This document shows positions 9,511-18,692 of a stretch of 64,000 nt of DNA, piece after piece. How positions within the stretch are numbered: the first letter of the stretch is position 1; every line of letters starts with the position of its first letter. The notes below the pieces were generated by a model, which worked only from the letters and a program-made list of their open reading frames with translations, was not told where the DNA came from and did not search any database. The translations under genes and the position numbers were made by a program. This DNA comes from Patescibacteria group bacterium (GTDB lineage Bacteria > Patescibacteriota > WWE3 > UBA101185 > UBA10185). The stretch lies in assembly GCA_049322215.1 (NCBI GenBank), contig JBMORU010000001.1:129697-193696 (forward strand), in the 5' to 3' direction.

Positions 9511-11049
9511 TTACGATGTTTTATAAATACTTACATCCCACTCAGAAGCCTCAAAGCTTTCAACTAAGGTGCTGTTTTCAAGAATTCCGCGCACAAAATC
9601 TAGCGTATCAAGATCCCACTCAATTTGTTTTGTATAAATAATGTAATCTACTTGCGTTTCTCCAGCTTCTACTGCCTCTCGAAACGAAGGGTCATATTCG
9701 GCATCAAACTGTGACTTAAGCGTTAAATGCTTTTTTTTATACAAATCCCCTTTTGCAAAGCTGTCAGTAATTATTACGGCATCTTCTGAAACGTTTTCTT
9801 TTATCCAATTTATAGCGTTAATTTGTGCGTCAGATGATCTTGTAGTGTAAGGGCTTCTGTTTCTTATTATTAAAGAAGACACAAATGTGGCTAAAACCAA
9901 GGGTAAAACAAAAAGGACAAAATATTGTTGAGGCAGCTGTTTAATATCTTCACTTAACATTTTTGCCAGTTGTGATAGAACAAAAACTATACCTAAAGAA
10001 AAAAATGGAACTAAAGGCAAAATATAAAATTCAAAAACAATACCGCCTCTCATTAAAAAGAGCATTTGAAAAATAATAAATAAGGCTAAAACCAAAGCCA
10101 CCGTAATTCTTTTTTTGTAGTAAACGTACAAATTACCTAAAACACTAAATAAACCAAGTCCAAATAGTATGGGGTCTTCATCAACCCACAGGTTTATTTG
10201 TTCCCAAAAAGGATTGTTTTCAAAATCAAAAACGCCTGACTTTCCTCTACCCATTTGAAAACTTAATGTAGAAAGTAAACTTGGATCTCCTCCATTATCA
10301 AAATACCCTGAAGGTAAAAATTCCCCACGTACTAAAGCCATAAGTGGATAAATCGAAACTACACTTGTAAAAATTAAAAGCCAAGTAAGCACATCTTTAG
10401 TAAATGTTAGTTTTCCATAAATAGAAAAACGGGCACTTGGTTCTTTGCTTTTATAAGAGGCTACTAAAATTACGTATGGAATTAAAAACATTACGGCATT
10501 TTCTTTTGTTAGTACCGCTACAGCAAAAAAAACTGCACTAAGTAAAATACTCAAAAAACGATTAGGTATTACCAAATAAACAAATAGCGAAAACAACATC
10601 CAAAAATTTACTATATTGTCTAATAAAATTCTTCGGCCAAAGTAAACTTCTAGTGGAGAAAAAACAAATAAAAGAGCCGCAGCAACACCTAACACCTTGT
10701 TCGCAGTTAACTTCTCAGCCACTTTATATAAAAATAAAGCACTTAATGCGTTTAGTAGTAAAATGAAAAATCTTCCAGAGTGTAATAAAGAGCTAAATAG
10801 TACATCACTATTAGTTGCACGAAACCATTTACCAATAAACATCCAACCTGCAGGTGGGTGGTCGTAAATGTACTCACCTGCCGAAAGGGTGCCTTCGTAG
10901 GCGTATGCCCAAGCACGTGAAGCGTAAATACCTTCATCACCTTCGAAATGTGGAAAGCCGTCAAAGTTTATACCTAAAACCATCCACACAGCAGAAAGTA
11001 TTAGTAAAACAGGCATGAAGTTGAAAAGAAAGCGAAAAATATTGCTCAA
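9511..11049 (-). CDS. GT-C glycosyltransferase (GT39/ArnT-like)
   Basis: EGDEGIYASRAW, YDHPP, RRILLDN, LTKE motifs; multi-TM. Confidence 0.85.
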   Translation of the reverse strand: MSNIFRFLFNFMPVLLILSAVWMVLGINFDGFPHFEGDEGIYASRAWAYAYEGTLSAGEYIYDHPPAGWMFIGKWFRATNSDVLFSSLLHSGRFFILLLNALSALFLYKVAEKLTANKVLGVAAALLFVFSPLEVYFGRRILLDNIVNFWMLFSLFVYLVIPNRFLSILLSAVFFAVAVLTKENAVMFLIPYVILVASYKSKEPSARFSIYGKLTFTKDVLTWLLIFTSVVSIYPLMALVRGEFLPSGYFDNGGDPSLLSTLSFQMGRGKSGVFDFENNPFWEQINLWVDEDPILFGLGLFSVLGNLYVYYKKRITVALVLALFIIFQMLFLMRGGIVFEFYILPLVPFFSLGIVFVLSQLAKMLSEDIKQLPQQYFVLFVLPLVLATFVSSLIIRNRSPYTTRSSDAQINAINWIKENVSEDAVIITDSFAKGDLYKKKHLTLKSQFDAEYDPSFREAVEAGETQVDYIIYTKQIEWDLDTLDFVRGILENSTLVESFEASEWDVSIYKTS

Positions 11050-11128
11050 AATCCTCCTACTTCTAAAAATTTTAATTTAGTTGGGTGTCTTATTATATCA
11101 CCTTATATTTATCCAGGATTTCTGGTGT

Positions 11129-11165
11129 CCCATAGTTTTGTTAGGCGCGATTTACCATGTATAAT
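11129..11165 (+). promoter_or_regulatory. Cassette promoter: CCCATAG + TTGTTA-16-TATAAT
   Basis: Box 11129-11135, -10 11160-11165. Confidence 0.75.
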
Positions 11166-11207
11166 CGGCAGTACAAAAATTACAACACTACTCATGGAGA
11201 TGACGTA

Positions 11208-11408
11208 ATGGAAAAAAAAGGAAAAAGAGTTAAGGCCAGATATAGGTCCGGGGGAATAGAAAGAAAACCCATTGAATTCATTGTTTTAGAAGGTGAAGCC
11301 CCCGAAGAAATCTTTAAAGAACATTGGCCTCAATATACGCTAATCGAAATCATAGACGCAAATTATAACAAAAAGGAGAAAGCAGGATGGCAATTGTTTA
11401 TGCAATAA
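11208..11408 (+). CDS. Orphan cassette protein
   Basis: GGAG SD before ATG 11208; the track start at 11157 overlaps the -10. Confidence 0.65.
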   Translation: MEKKGKRVKARYRSGGIERKPIEFIVLEGEAPEEIFKEHWPQYTLIEIIDANYNKKEKAGWQLFMQ

Positions 11409-11695
11409 ATACGCCAAAAACACGTGCCCGCAGACTTGAAGTTGATAAAAAAGGAAACGTTGTACTACATGGGAAAGATTGCGTAGTCCCACTCAAATTT
11501 AATGTGGTAGAAATGCTTAATTTACAACGCGGCCAAGAACTGGAGGCGCCAAATCATGTTATAAGACGCAGTAATATCACAGGTTTAGGTTGGACACAAA
11601 GACTTGAAATTTATTACACGAAACACCTCAATCTGCTCATTGTTACAAGGAAAGGACTTCGTGCTGCGGCAAGGCGTGCAGGAGTGTTAGTTTAG
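11387..11695 (+). CDS. Basic orphan cassette protein
   Basis: 102 aa, AAGGAG SD. Confidence 0.7.
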   Translation: MAIVYAINTPKTRARRLEVDKKGNVVLHGKDCVVPLKFNVVEMLNLQRGQELEAPNHVIRRSNITGLGWTQRLEIYYTKHLNLLIVTRKGLRAAARRAGVLV

Positions 11696-11713
11696 CAATA
11701 AAAATAGCTACGT

Positions 11714-11760
11714 AGAGCTGTTAGGTAGGAGTTAGTATAACCCTATTTAGCAGCTTTTTT
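11714..11760 (+). terminator. Intrinsic terminator
   Basis: AGAGCTGTTAGGTAGG...CCTATTTAGCAGCTTT + T-tract. Confidence 0.8.
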
Positions 11761-11775
11761 CTTCTCTGTTTTATG

Positions 11776-11814
11776 CCCTATAGTATTTACACGCACATCA
11801 TTTCGAGTTATAAT
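11776..11814 (+). promoter_or_regulatory. Cassette promoter: CCCTATAG + TTTACA-17-TATAAT
   Basis: Box 11776-11783, -35 11786-11791, -10 11809-11814. Confidence 0.85.
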
Positions 11815-11851
11815 TGTAGTAGCAATAAATAATCATCATAAGGAGATATTC

Positions 11852-12148
11852 ATGAGCAAAACACAGCTTTTTTATTGGGAAAATGAGCAGCATCGCGTTG
11901 CTACATTAGAAGTACGTCATAACAAATATGAAATGCTTCTAAATGTAGTAGCCGAGTTTGCTGAACTGGTCAAAGCTTTAATGGCAGAACTGAATGAACT
12001 TGGAATCTATCCTAACGAAATTACAGAAGATAATGAGAAGTTCGTGCAATTTCTCGTTTCCGCCAGCTACAATTGGAACTGCCGATGGCGCGACCTAAAA
12101 ACCATGCTAAACGAAAAATTAGGTTTACATGGTAAAGAGCAGCTTTAA
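11852..12148 (+). CDS. Orphan cassette protein
   Basis: 98 aa, CATAAGGAG SD. Confidence 0.75.
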   Translation: MSKTQLFYWENEQHRVATLEVRHNKYEMLLNVVAEFAELVKALMAELNELGIYPNEITEDNEKFVQFLVSASYNWNCRWRDLKTMLNEKLGLHGKEQL

Positions 12149-12197
12149 AACTAAATAATCATTAAACCAGATACCAGAATCATAAAGGAGATTAGTC

Positions 12198-12677
12198 ATG
12201 TTTTTCATGCACGCACTAGAAAAATTTGAGAAATGGTGGGAAACAAGCCACGCTGAAGAAAAAACCGAAATGCTGGCACGTTTTGCTATCAACGAAGTAC
12301 CAGAGAAAGCTGAGGCTATTGATTTCGATACGCAAGCCGAAATTGGTGCTGCCGTAATAGCCCAAGAAGGAAACCTTAAAATTTATTTTAGATTTCCACA
12401 TGCTGATAAAAACATCATGGCATGGGCAACTGGTTCAAACGAGGCGGTGAGAGCGTTCAATATGGTAATGCACAGCGACTGGAACAAAGCTAAAAATACC
12501 CAAGCAGTTGCTGGCCACGTTTTTCATCAGGTTGGGCATGATTCCAATGTAACCCCCACCGAAATTTCTGGATGGGAATACTGGGTTGCAAAAACCACAG
12601 AAAAAACCGACGAAGTTGAGCAGCACATTTTAAGCCTTTGCAAACGCTTTGGCGTTGAAATGGACTTAATGCTCTAG
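12198..12677 (+). CDS. Orphan cassette protein
   Basis: 159 aa, CATAAAGGAG SD. Confidence 0.8.
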   Translation: MFFMHALEKFEKWWETSHAEEKTEMLARFAINEVPEKAEAIDFDTQAEIGAAVIAQEGNLKIYFRFPHADKNIMAWATGSNEAVRAFNMVMHSDWNKAKNTQAVAGHVFHQVGHDSNVTPTEISGWEYWVAKTTEKTDEVEQHILSLCKRFGVEMDLML

Positions 12678-12713
12678 GAATAATAAGCAATCAAAAGTAA
12701 GGAGATATGAAAA

Positions 12714-12962
12714 ATGGCTTTACACACAAATCCAGATGGAACTTTTTATTTCAAATGCATGGCGCTTGGCGAAGACAAAAAGCCCTGCTGCGATAATAAG
12801 TTCGTGGGTGAACAAGGTTGGAGCAGAGGTACTGTAATTTCTCAGGCAGGTCACAGGGGTTGGTCAGTTAACGCTTTCCGAGGAGATTATTGCCCCATCC
12901 ATACAGGCCAAGCAGGTACACTGGGTGTTCCAAAAGACTTAGGCAAATCCCCTAAAAGTTAA
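12714..12962 (+). CDS. Small putative zinc-binding orphan protein
   Basis: C...CC...GW...CPIH; TAAGGAG SD. Confidence 0.7.
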   Translation: MALHTNPDGTFYFKCMALGEDKKPCCDNKFVGEQGWSRGTVISQAGHRGWSVNAFRGDYCPIHTGQAGTLGVPKDLGKSPKS

Positions 12963-12969
12963 CGTAAGT

Positions 12970-13024
12970 TGGACTGTAATTGCTAAAGGAATAAACCCCT
13001 TCAGTATTTACAGTCCATTTTTTT
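12970..13024 (+). terminator. Long bulged terminator (GACTG...CAGTC family)
   Basis: TGGACTGTAA...TTACAGTCCA + T7. Confidence 0.85.
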
Positions 13025-13026
13025 GC

Positions 13027-14010
13027 TTAATTTTCGGCAAACTCTTTAAGTTCTTTTAGTAAGTTATCTTCAACCTCAATTTCACCCGATTCTACAATGG
13101 CAGTCTTTATTCTATCACCACGTTCCCCTGGAACCATAACTTCATCTACGCCTGGCAACCTTTTTGCATTTTTTATAGCTACCTTCATTTTCATTACTTC
13201 GTTTAAAAAGTAGTCATTGCCGGCTAATCCATTTGGGTTTATTGCAATTATTACGTTTCCATCATTATCACTACCGTTCAAAAAATCAGCTCCTACAAGG
13301 GCACCCCCAATAATTTGAACCATTAGTGCTAAACCTGCACCTTTAAATCCTTGGTCAAAAGGTTTTGTAGCCCCATCCATTATTTCGGCAGGGTCTGTTG
13401 TTTCGCTACCATCTTTATCGTAGCCTATATTTCCTTCTACTTGTTTTCCTGCTGTTTTTGCTTCTACCAAACCAAAATAGGCTATTGCAGAAGAGGCCAT
13501 ATCTAAAACAATAGGTTCATCTTTTGTTGGAACACCCCAAGCAATGGGGTTAGTACAAAACAAAGGCTCATATGACCCATGTGGAGGAATACTTGCAAAC
13601 GGATAACTAGACATAGTAATGCCAATTAAACCTTGCTCGGCTATTTTTCTCGACCAATGGCCAATAGCTCCCGAAGAACCAGATCCGTTGTGAGTTCCCA
13701 CAATAGCAATATTCATTTTTTTGGCTTTTTCAACAGTCATTTTCACGGCTTTATCCATTGCTATAGCTTCCATTGTTAAATTGCAGTTTATTAATGCAGT
13801 TGTTTCGGTTTCTTTTTCTATAGTAGGCTCTTTTGCATCTTTATGCTTAGGAATTCCTTTACCTATAAGCTTAACTATACCTTGATTATTTCCTCTAAGC
13901 TGCGCGTACATGAGCATTTCTAAAATAATGTTTGCTTCTTCTTCGGTGTATCCATATTTTAAAACCGCTTTTTTTGATAAATTTTGAAGTTCTGTAAGTT
14001 TTATTTTCAT
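13027..14010 (-). CDS. Ldh_2 family (type 2 malate/L-lactate/ureidoglycolate dehydrogenase-like) oxidoreductase
   Basis: TNPIAWGVP, LDMASS, FKGAGLALMVQIIGGAL, VPGE. Confidence 0.85.
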   Translation of the reverse strand: MKIKLTELQNLSKKAVLKYGYTEEEANIILEMLMYAQLRGNNQGIVKLIGKGIPKHKDAKEPTIEKETETTALINCNLTMEAIAMDKAVKMTVEKAKKMNIAIVGTHNGSGSSGAIGHWSRKIAEQGLIGITMSSYPFASIPPHGSYEPLFCTNPIAWGVPTKDEPIVLDMASSAIAYFGLVEAKTAGKQVEGNIGYDKDGSETTDPAEIMDGATKPFDQGFKGAGLALMVQIIGGALVGADFLNGSDNDGNVIIAINPNGLAGNDYFLNEVMKMKVAIKNAKRLPGVDEVMVPGERGDRIKTAIVESGEIEVEDNLLKELKEFAEN

Positions 14011-14099
14011 TAAGTTTCCTTTAGTTAAATTTTAATTATGGGGCAAAAGTATTATAGCTTACGTTGGCTTTAATTAAACATGTGAAGAGCATTCGTTTG

Positions 14100-14135
14100 C
14101 TATAGGTTGTTATTTTAGCTATGTTGCTGTAAAAT
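14100..14135 (+). promoter_or_regulatory. Cassette promoter: inverted box CTATAGG + TTGTTA-17-TAAAAT
   Basis: Box 14100-14106, -35 14107-14112, -10 14130-14135. Confidence 0.75.
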
Positions 14136-14176
14136 ATATGCAATTCTAATAACAAATAAAAAAATGGAGGCCTACT

Positions 14177-14425
14177 ATGGCTATTATTCCTAGTTCGCCA
14201 GAAAAGACACAAGGTCAAGAATGGGTTGTATTAGTAAGAGCTACACACCCGCACAGCTATGGAGATATTTTGAATTGGTTTGAGAAACACATATGCGTAG
14301 TGGGTAGTCGAAAGGTTAAAGATCCCATTAACAAAGGTAAAACAGCAATTGTGTTTCGTGTTTTATCCAAACCTGATGGGCGAAGACTTAGAAACCACAT
14401 CGAAAACCATTGGTGTAACAACTGA
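14177..14425 (+). CDS. Orphan cassette protein
   Basis: 82 aa, GGAGG SD. Confidence 0.75.
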   Translation: MAIIPSSPEKTQGQEWVVLVRATHPHSYGDILNWFEKHICVVGSRKVKDPINKGKTAIVFRVLSKPDGRRLRNHIENHWCNN

Positions 14426-14437
14426 AAATTAAGCTAC

Positions 14438-14490
14438 AGACTGCACATTTAAAGTACAACAAAAACTTTAATTGATGCAGTCTTTTTTTT
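14438..14490 (+). terminator. Long bulged terminator (GACTG...CAGTC family)
   Basis: AGACTGCA...TGCAGTCT + T-tract. Confidence 0.85.
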
Positions 14491-14513
14491 GCAGAAGCTC
14501 TTCGGCCTATATA

Positions 14514-14552
14514 CCCCATAGTGTTGACTAACAGACATTTAGCTTGTAAAAT
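14514..14552 (+). promoter_or_regulatory. Cassette promoter: CCCCATAG + TTGACT-17-TAAAAT
   Basis: ATAC-CCCATA-GTGT; -35 14524-14529, -10 14547-14552. Confidence 0.85.
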
Positions 14553-14595
14553 ATAAGACAAATCAAATATTAAAAGCTAAAGGAGAAAATTTAAA

Positions 14596-15102
14596 ATGGA
14601 TATGTACTATCCTGAAGCAGATTCCCTAAGTACCTTTTTGGCCAATGCTTGGAATGCGTGTCCCGCATATGGTGCAAGAATGGATGACTTAAACGCTAAG
14701 GGACTCTCACGAGTTTGTCCTTTAGCACGAGAAGTTTACCAGTTGGTGCTTCCCCCTGAAAAATTTGCCAACATTCCTGTTTCTTTTATGTGTGGTTCTT
14801 ATAGGTGCACTTGCCCTATTGAAGCCGGCGTGCTGGAACAGGCACTAACGCAGCAAGAAGAGCTCCCCAAACTTAAAAAACTTGGAAATGAGCTTATGGA
14901 ACTGCAGGCAAAGTTAAATGAAGGCCGAGGCCATAGTGTTTCGCAAACTATAGCCTGGTATTTGCAACAAGGGGATAAAGTTAAAGCAAAAGCCACTGCT
15001 TTCAATGAAAGCGACAAATTCACTTTTTTTGAAGTATTACAGCAATGGCTCATAAACAACTTGTTTGTTGGTGAAGAACACCCTTGGGAGTTTACAGTGT
15101 AG
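14596..15102 (+). CDS. Orphan cassette protein
   Basis: 168 aa, AAGGAG SD. Confidence 0.8.
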   Translation: MDMYYPEADSLSTFLANAWNACPAYGARMDDLNAKGLSRVCPLAREVYQLVLPPEKFANIPVSFMCGSYRCTCPIEAGVLEQALTQQEELPKLKKLGNELMELQAKLNEGRGHSVSQTIAWYLQQGDKVKAKATAFNESDKFTFFEVLQQWLINNLFVGEEHPWEFTV

Positions 15103-15110
15103 TAAGTAGT

Positions 15111-15166
15111 AGCCACTAAGTATGTAAGGAAAATAAATCTTTACTTATTTAGTGGCTCTTTTTTTT
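15111..15166 (+). terminator. Long bulged terminator
   Basis: AGCCACTAAGTA...TATTTAGTGGCT + T-tract. Confidence 0.85.
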
Positions 15167-15186
15167 ATGCGTAACAAATTTGCACA

Positions 15187-15223
15187 CCCCATAGCTTGAC
15201 TAATCGACTCTTAAACGTATAAT
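15187..15223 (+). promoter_or_regulatory. Cassette promoter: CCCCATAG + TTGACT-16-TATAAT
   Basis: Box 15187-15194, -35 15196-15201, -10 15218-15223. Confidence 0.85.
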
Positions 15224-15250
15224 TCTGCTACAAAAAAAAGGAGATTGAAA

Positions 15251-15598
15251 ATGAAATTTTATTTGTACGGAATGGGTGGCGTAGAGCACCGCATAGAACT
15301 AATGACGCAAATTGCAAACGAGCGCGGACATACAATTGTTGGTCCAGATGATACTGCGGACGTTGTTTTTATGATGCTTTATCCACGACTGCTAAACAAT
15401 ATTCCCGAAGCTGCTTATCATGGGAAAACAGGCAAGTGCGTGGTTGCCTTGCGTGCGGGTATGCCTGACTACGATGTAGAAAGGAACTTCTTTCGCACGC
15501 AAAAGGTCATGGATATTGTATCGGCTCCCAACAACGAAAAAGAGGCACGTCAGTTGTTTGCCGCACTTGAAACAGGCGATACATCACACCTTAGTTAA
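15251..15598 (+). CDS. Orphan cassette protein, alpha/beta (Rossmann/receiver-like pattern)
   Basis: AAGGAG 7 nt before ATG 15251; GHTIV..ADVVFM. Confidence 0.75.
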   Translation: MKFYLYGMGGVEHRIELMTQIANERGHTIVGPDDTADVVFMMLYPRLLNNIPEAAYHGKTGKCVVALRAGMPDYDVERNFFRTQKVMDIVSAPNNEKEARQLFAALETGDTSHLS

Positions 15599-15619
15599 AT
15601 CGCTATACCAAAACACTTT

Positions 15620-15681
15620 CTGAATGTATTGCGTAAATTTTTTTTTAAAAACGCAATACATTCGGATTACTTTTACTTTTT
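15620..15681 (+). terminator. Hairpin terminator
   Basis: CTGAATGTATTGCGT...ACGCAATACATTCGG, T-rich tail. Confidence 0.75.
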
Positions 15682-15696
15682 ACTATAATCAACTAA

Positions 15697-17241
15697 ATGA
15701 AACAAAAAATTTACAGTGCAATAATACTAATAGTTGCAGTCTTTTTTAGAATATATACACTTGGTTACTCGGATTTTCAGGGTGACGAGGTTTCTGCACA
15801 AAATTTTTTGTTTGGAGAGTTAACCTTTCCTCAATTTTTAGCTAGTAGAACTATTGGACCGGCACAGTACATATTAAATTATTTAACAAATTTGCTTTTC
15901 TTCAATAGTCAAAATGTAGAATTTTTCATAAGACTACCCTACGCACTAGCAGGAATTTTAACAGTTATGCTTGCGTACAAAGTAGTTAACAGATCGAAAA
16001 GCAAGAGAAATGCAGCTTTAACTACCTTTGTACTTGGTTCATCGGGGCTTTTAATTGCCTTTTCAAGAATAGTTCAATATCAGTCGTTTGTAATATTGTT
16101 GGGAATTATTAACTTAATGCTTATACAAACATATAACAAAAACCAAAACCTAAATACTGCGTTAAAACTCTCGTTTGTAGGAATTCTAGGAGGAGCCTTT
16201 CACTACGACTTTGCAGTAATACTAATTTCTACAGCAACGTATCTAGCTTTAGAGCACAAAATTAAACATTTGCTCGTTTACTCAAGCTTAGTTATTTCTT
16301 CTTTAGGAATAATATATTTGCCAATTCTTTTTATGCCTATTTCTTTAAATACAGTACAGTATGTTTTTGGTAACAGAGTAACTTCAAACGTAACGTGGGA
16401 TGCATTAAATTATAGTTTAAAGTTACTTCAAATTTATCATTCAAAAGAATTTTTATTATTTATTGCAGCATTACTTATTATTTGGGTTTTACAGATAAGC
16501 AAAAAAAGTTGGCTAATATTGCTAACATCAGTACCTGCATTTGCTGCAATTATCTACCGAATACTAAACAATCAGCAAAATACAGAATTAACATTAGTAT
16601 CTGCCGCATTTTTTTTAATTTTTATGCTAGTGCAGGTTGGCAAAACGCATAAAACACTGCGATATTTAACGCTTTGGTTTGGAGTTAGCTTTTTAACATA
16701 TGGGTTACTTTTTCAAAAACCTTTGACACATATTTATACCTTTTTAGTGCCCTTATTAATTATGATTACTGCAACATTTCCTAAAATAAAATCAAATGCA
16801 TTGAAAGTAGTGCAAAACGGTATATTTGCTGTAGTTTTAGTGGTATCTCTTTCATTTAACTATCAAGCTTTTATAGAAACAAATACAGAATATCCATGGC
16901 AAAAAGAAAACTATATTTTTGGAAACATGCCTTCTGAAATAGCAGAAGGTGCAAATATTGATGGAATTTTTGGATTTCCATATTACAGAAACTGGAAAGA
17001 AGTAGGTGAAATAGCTAAAAGAATAGCAAAAGAGAACGGCGTAAAATACTATGATTCTAATGAAAAAGGTTCTATAACTAAATATCATATGCAGGGATTT
17101 TCTTATGATCAAATTAAATCTCAACTTCACATAAGAATTGAAAGACCGCAGAGCATGTGGACACCCAACAGACCAAATAAAAATCCAATTTATACGTTTG
17201 GTGCTACAGAAATATTTTTAGTTTCTCTGGGTGATCGATAG
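15697..17241 (+). CDS. GT-C fold glycosyltransferase (GT39-like)
   Basis: DFQGDEV, RLPYALAG, FSRIVQY; multi-TM; leaderless TATAAT+7. Confidence 0.8.
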   Translation: MKQKIYSAIILIVAVFFRIYTLGYSDFQGDEVSAQNFLFGELTFPQFLASRTIGPAQYILNYLTNLLFFNSQNVEFFIRLPYALAGILTVMLAYKVVNRSKSKRNAALTTFVLGSSGLLIAFSRIVQYQSFVILLGIINLMLIQTYNKNQNLNTALKLSFVGILGGAFHYDFAVILISTATYLALEHKIKHLLVYSSLVISSLGIIYLPILFMPISLNTVQYVFGNRVTSNVTWDALNYSLKLLQIYHSKEFLLFIAALLIIWVLQISKKSWLILLTSVPAFAAIIYRILNNQQNTELTLVSAAFFLIFMLVQVGKTHKTLRYLTLWFGVSFLTYGLLFQKPLTHIYTFLVPLLIMITATFPKIKSNALKVVQNGIFAVVLVVSLSFNYQAFIETNTEYPWQKENYIFGNMPSEIAEGANIDGIFGFPYYRNWKEVGEIAKRIAKENGVKYYDSNEKGSITKYHMQGFSYDQIKSQLHIRIERPQSMWTPNRPNKNPIYTFGATEIFLVSLGDR

Positions 17242-17252
17242 ACAAATGTCTG

Positions 17253-17288
17253 CTATAGGTTGTGAAAGGCTAAAATTGTTGATATAAT
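17253..17288 (+). promoter_or_regulatory. Cassette promoter: CTATAGG + TTGTGA-17-TATAAT
   Basis: Begins 12 bp after host stop codon; -10 17283-17288. Confidence 0.8.
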
Positions 17289-17326
17289 AACGCATATTCA
17301 AATAAGCGATAAAAAGGAGTATGCAA

Positions 17327-17626
17327 ATGAATGAGGCTCAATTAGATAGAATTTTAAATGGTAAACGACGAAGTCTAAAAGAAATTCTACCAAGAATGCT
17401 ACAGTTTGCAGCCTTGGCAGCAACTTTAGCCTTTTTAGTAGCCTTAGCAACAGCAACCGAAGAAAGAGTACCGCTTGGGGGTTCTATTGGGATTTCGTTG
17501 TCTTTGGCCTTTTCTACGTACAAGTACTGGAACCCAAAAGAACGAAAAATTGTAAAAGGACTTCTGTGCCTCGGCGTTTATCTTTTGGCAACCGGCTTTG
17601 GTTGGTATTTAGCTACACTTCTCTAA
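17327..17626 (+). CDS. 3-TM orphan cassette protein
   Basis: AAGGAG 7 nt before ATG 17327. Confidence 0.75.
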   Translation: MNEAQLDRILNGKRRSLKEILPRMLQFAALAATLAFLVALATATEERVPLGGSIGISLSLAFSTYKYWNPKERKIVKGLLCLGVYLLATGFGWYLATLL

Positions 17627-17635
17627 CGTATCATT

Positions 17636-17677
17636 AGGCCGTTGATAGAAACTAAACATTTCTATGGCGGCCTTTTT
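17636..17677 (+). terminator. Intrinsic terminator
   Basis: AGGCCGTT.ATAGAAA...TTTCTATGGCGGCCT + T-tract. Confidence 0.8.
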
Positions 17678-17698
17678 ACTCAAGAGTTATCAATAAAA

Positions 17699-17727
17699 TT
17701 TACAGAAACAAAAAATATAAATATAAT
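17699..17727 (+). promoter_or_regulatory. Cassette-type promoter lacking the box: TTTACA-17-TATAAT
   Basis: -35 17699-17704, -10 17722-17727. Confidence 0.7.
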
Positions 17728-17764
17728 AAGCGCGCTTAACCTTACATTTTAAAGGAGTAACGAG

Positions 17765-17989
17765 ATGCAATTCAATAAACTAGTATATGGTTTAATTGTG
17801 CGCTGGGATTCTGCAATGGGTCAACCAAAACTTAAAAGTGCAAAAGCAAACACCGCACTGCTTTCTTGGCCAGGAGGAACTCAGCTGTATATCGAAAACG
17901 ACCAGCCTTCTTTGTTACGCTTGGAAGACACTGGGAGTTTACAAGTTGAAAACAGCAGAAATAACCAGATACTACTGAAAAAACCTTAA
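17765..17989 (+). CDS. Orphan cassette protein
   Basis: 74 aa, AAGGAG SD. Confidence 0.7.
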   Translation: MQFNKLVYGLIVRWDSAMGQPKLKSAKANTALLSWPGGTQLYIENDQPSLLRLEDTGSLQVENSRNNQILLKKP

Positions 17990-17998
17990 TAAAAGGTA

Positions 17999-18044
17999 TG
18001 GGCAGTATAAAACATTAATTATTAATCAAGTTTTATACTGCCCA
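17999..18044. terminator. Hairpin between convergent cassette genes
   Basis: TGGGCAGTATAAAAC / GTTTTATACTGCCCA perfect 15-bp stem. Confidence 0.75.
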
Positions 18045-18056
18045 CTAAACACAAAG

Positions 18057-18269
18057 TCACAGGTTTGCCAAAGGGGCAAGCGTATCGCGTAACTCCGCTA
18101 ACTTACCGCCATTGAATACAAACTTGCCATCTTTCTCTTTTACAAGCATACACAATAACGAAAAGGCTACGGTACCTTCTTCGGGAATACCTAAAGCAAA
18201 AAAGTCTTTTGGGGGTATTCCGTCTTCGCCTGCTTCTTTGAGTTTGAGAATCAACCCTAACAGGTTCAT
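18057..18269 (-). CDS. Small orphan protein, possible winged-helix
   Basis: AAGGAG (18276-18281) before ATG 18269; TTGCTT-17-TATATT promoter at 18328-18356. Confidence 0.65.
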   Translation of the reverse strand: MNLLGLILKLKEAGEDGIPPKDFFALGIPEEGTVAFSLLCMLVKEKDGKFVFNGGKLAELRDTLAPLANL

Positions 18270-18375
18270 TTCTATCTCCTTGCACATAGTGCACAATTAA
18301 TAGGTTCAGGGGTATATTGGTACCTGAAATATAAAATATTTTGTCGCTGAAAGCAAATTAATAAACAGTCTGTGA

Positions 18376-18413
18376 CCTATAGTGTTTACACGCAAGGAAG
18401 ATTAAAGTATAAT
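18376..18413 (+). promoter_or_regulatory. Cassette promoter: CCTATAG + TTTACA-17-TATAAT
   Basis: Box 18376-18382, -35 18385-18390, -10 18408-18413. Confidence 0.85.
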
Positions 18414-18445
18414 ACTCAGACAAATCAACAAAAAGGAGATGTATC

Positions 18446-18628
18446 ATGGAGCTTACAATTACTGCAAATGAGCTTAAACCAAAATACAAAAAACAATGGG
18501 CGACATACAAACTTCACTTGCACAACATAAAGTTTCACATGTTTAACTGGAAAACGCGGTTAGCAATTCGTTTAGTTGGGTCAGCCACTTTTCGTTCAGG
18601 TGACTCTTACGAACGAATTACCCCTTAA
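18446..18628 (+). CDS. Small basic orphan protein
   Basis: 60 aa, AAGGAG SD. Confidence 0.7.
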   Translation: MELTITANELKPKYKKQWATYKLHLHNIKFHMFNWKTRLAIRLVGSATFRSGDSYERITP

Positions 18629-18636
18629 ACAAATAA

Positions 18637-18690
18637 GACTGTATACATTTGGGTTTTTAAATTCACCTAAATGCATACAGTCATTTTTTT
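18637..18690 (+). terminator. Long bulged terminator (GACTG...CAGTC family)
   Basis: GACTGTAT.CATTTGGGT...ACCTAAATG.ATACAGTC + T7. Confidence 0.85.
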
Positions 18691-18692
18691 CG

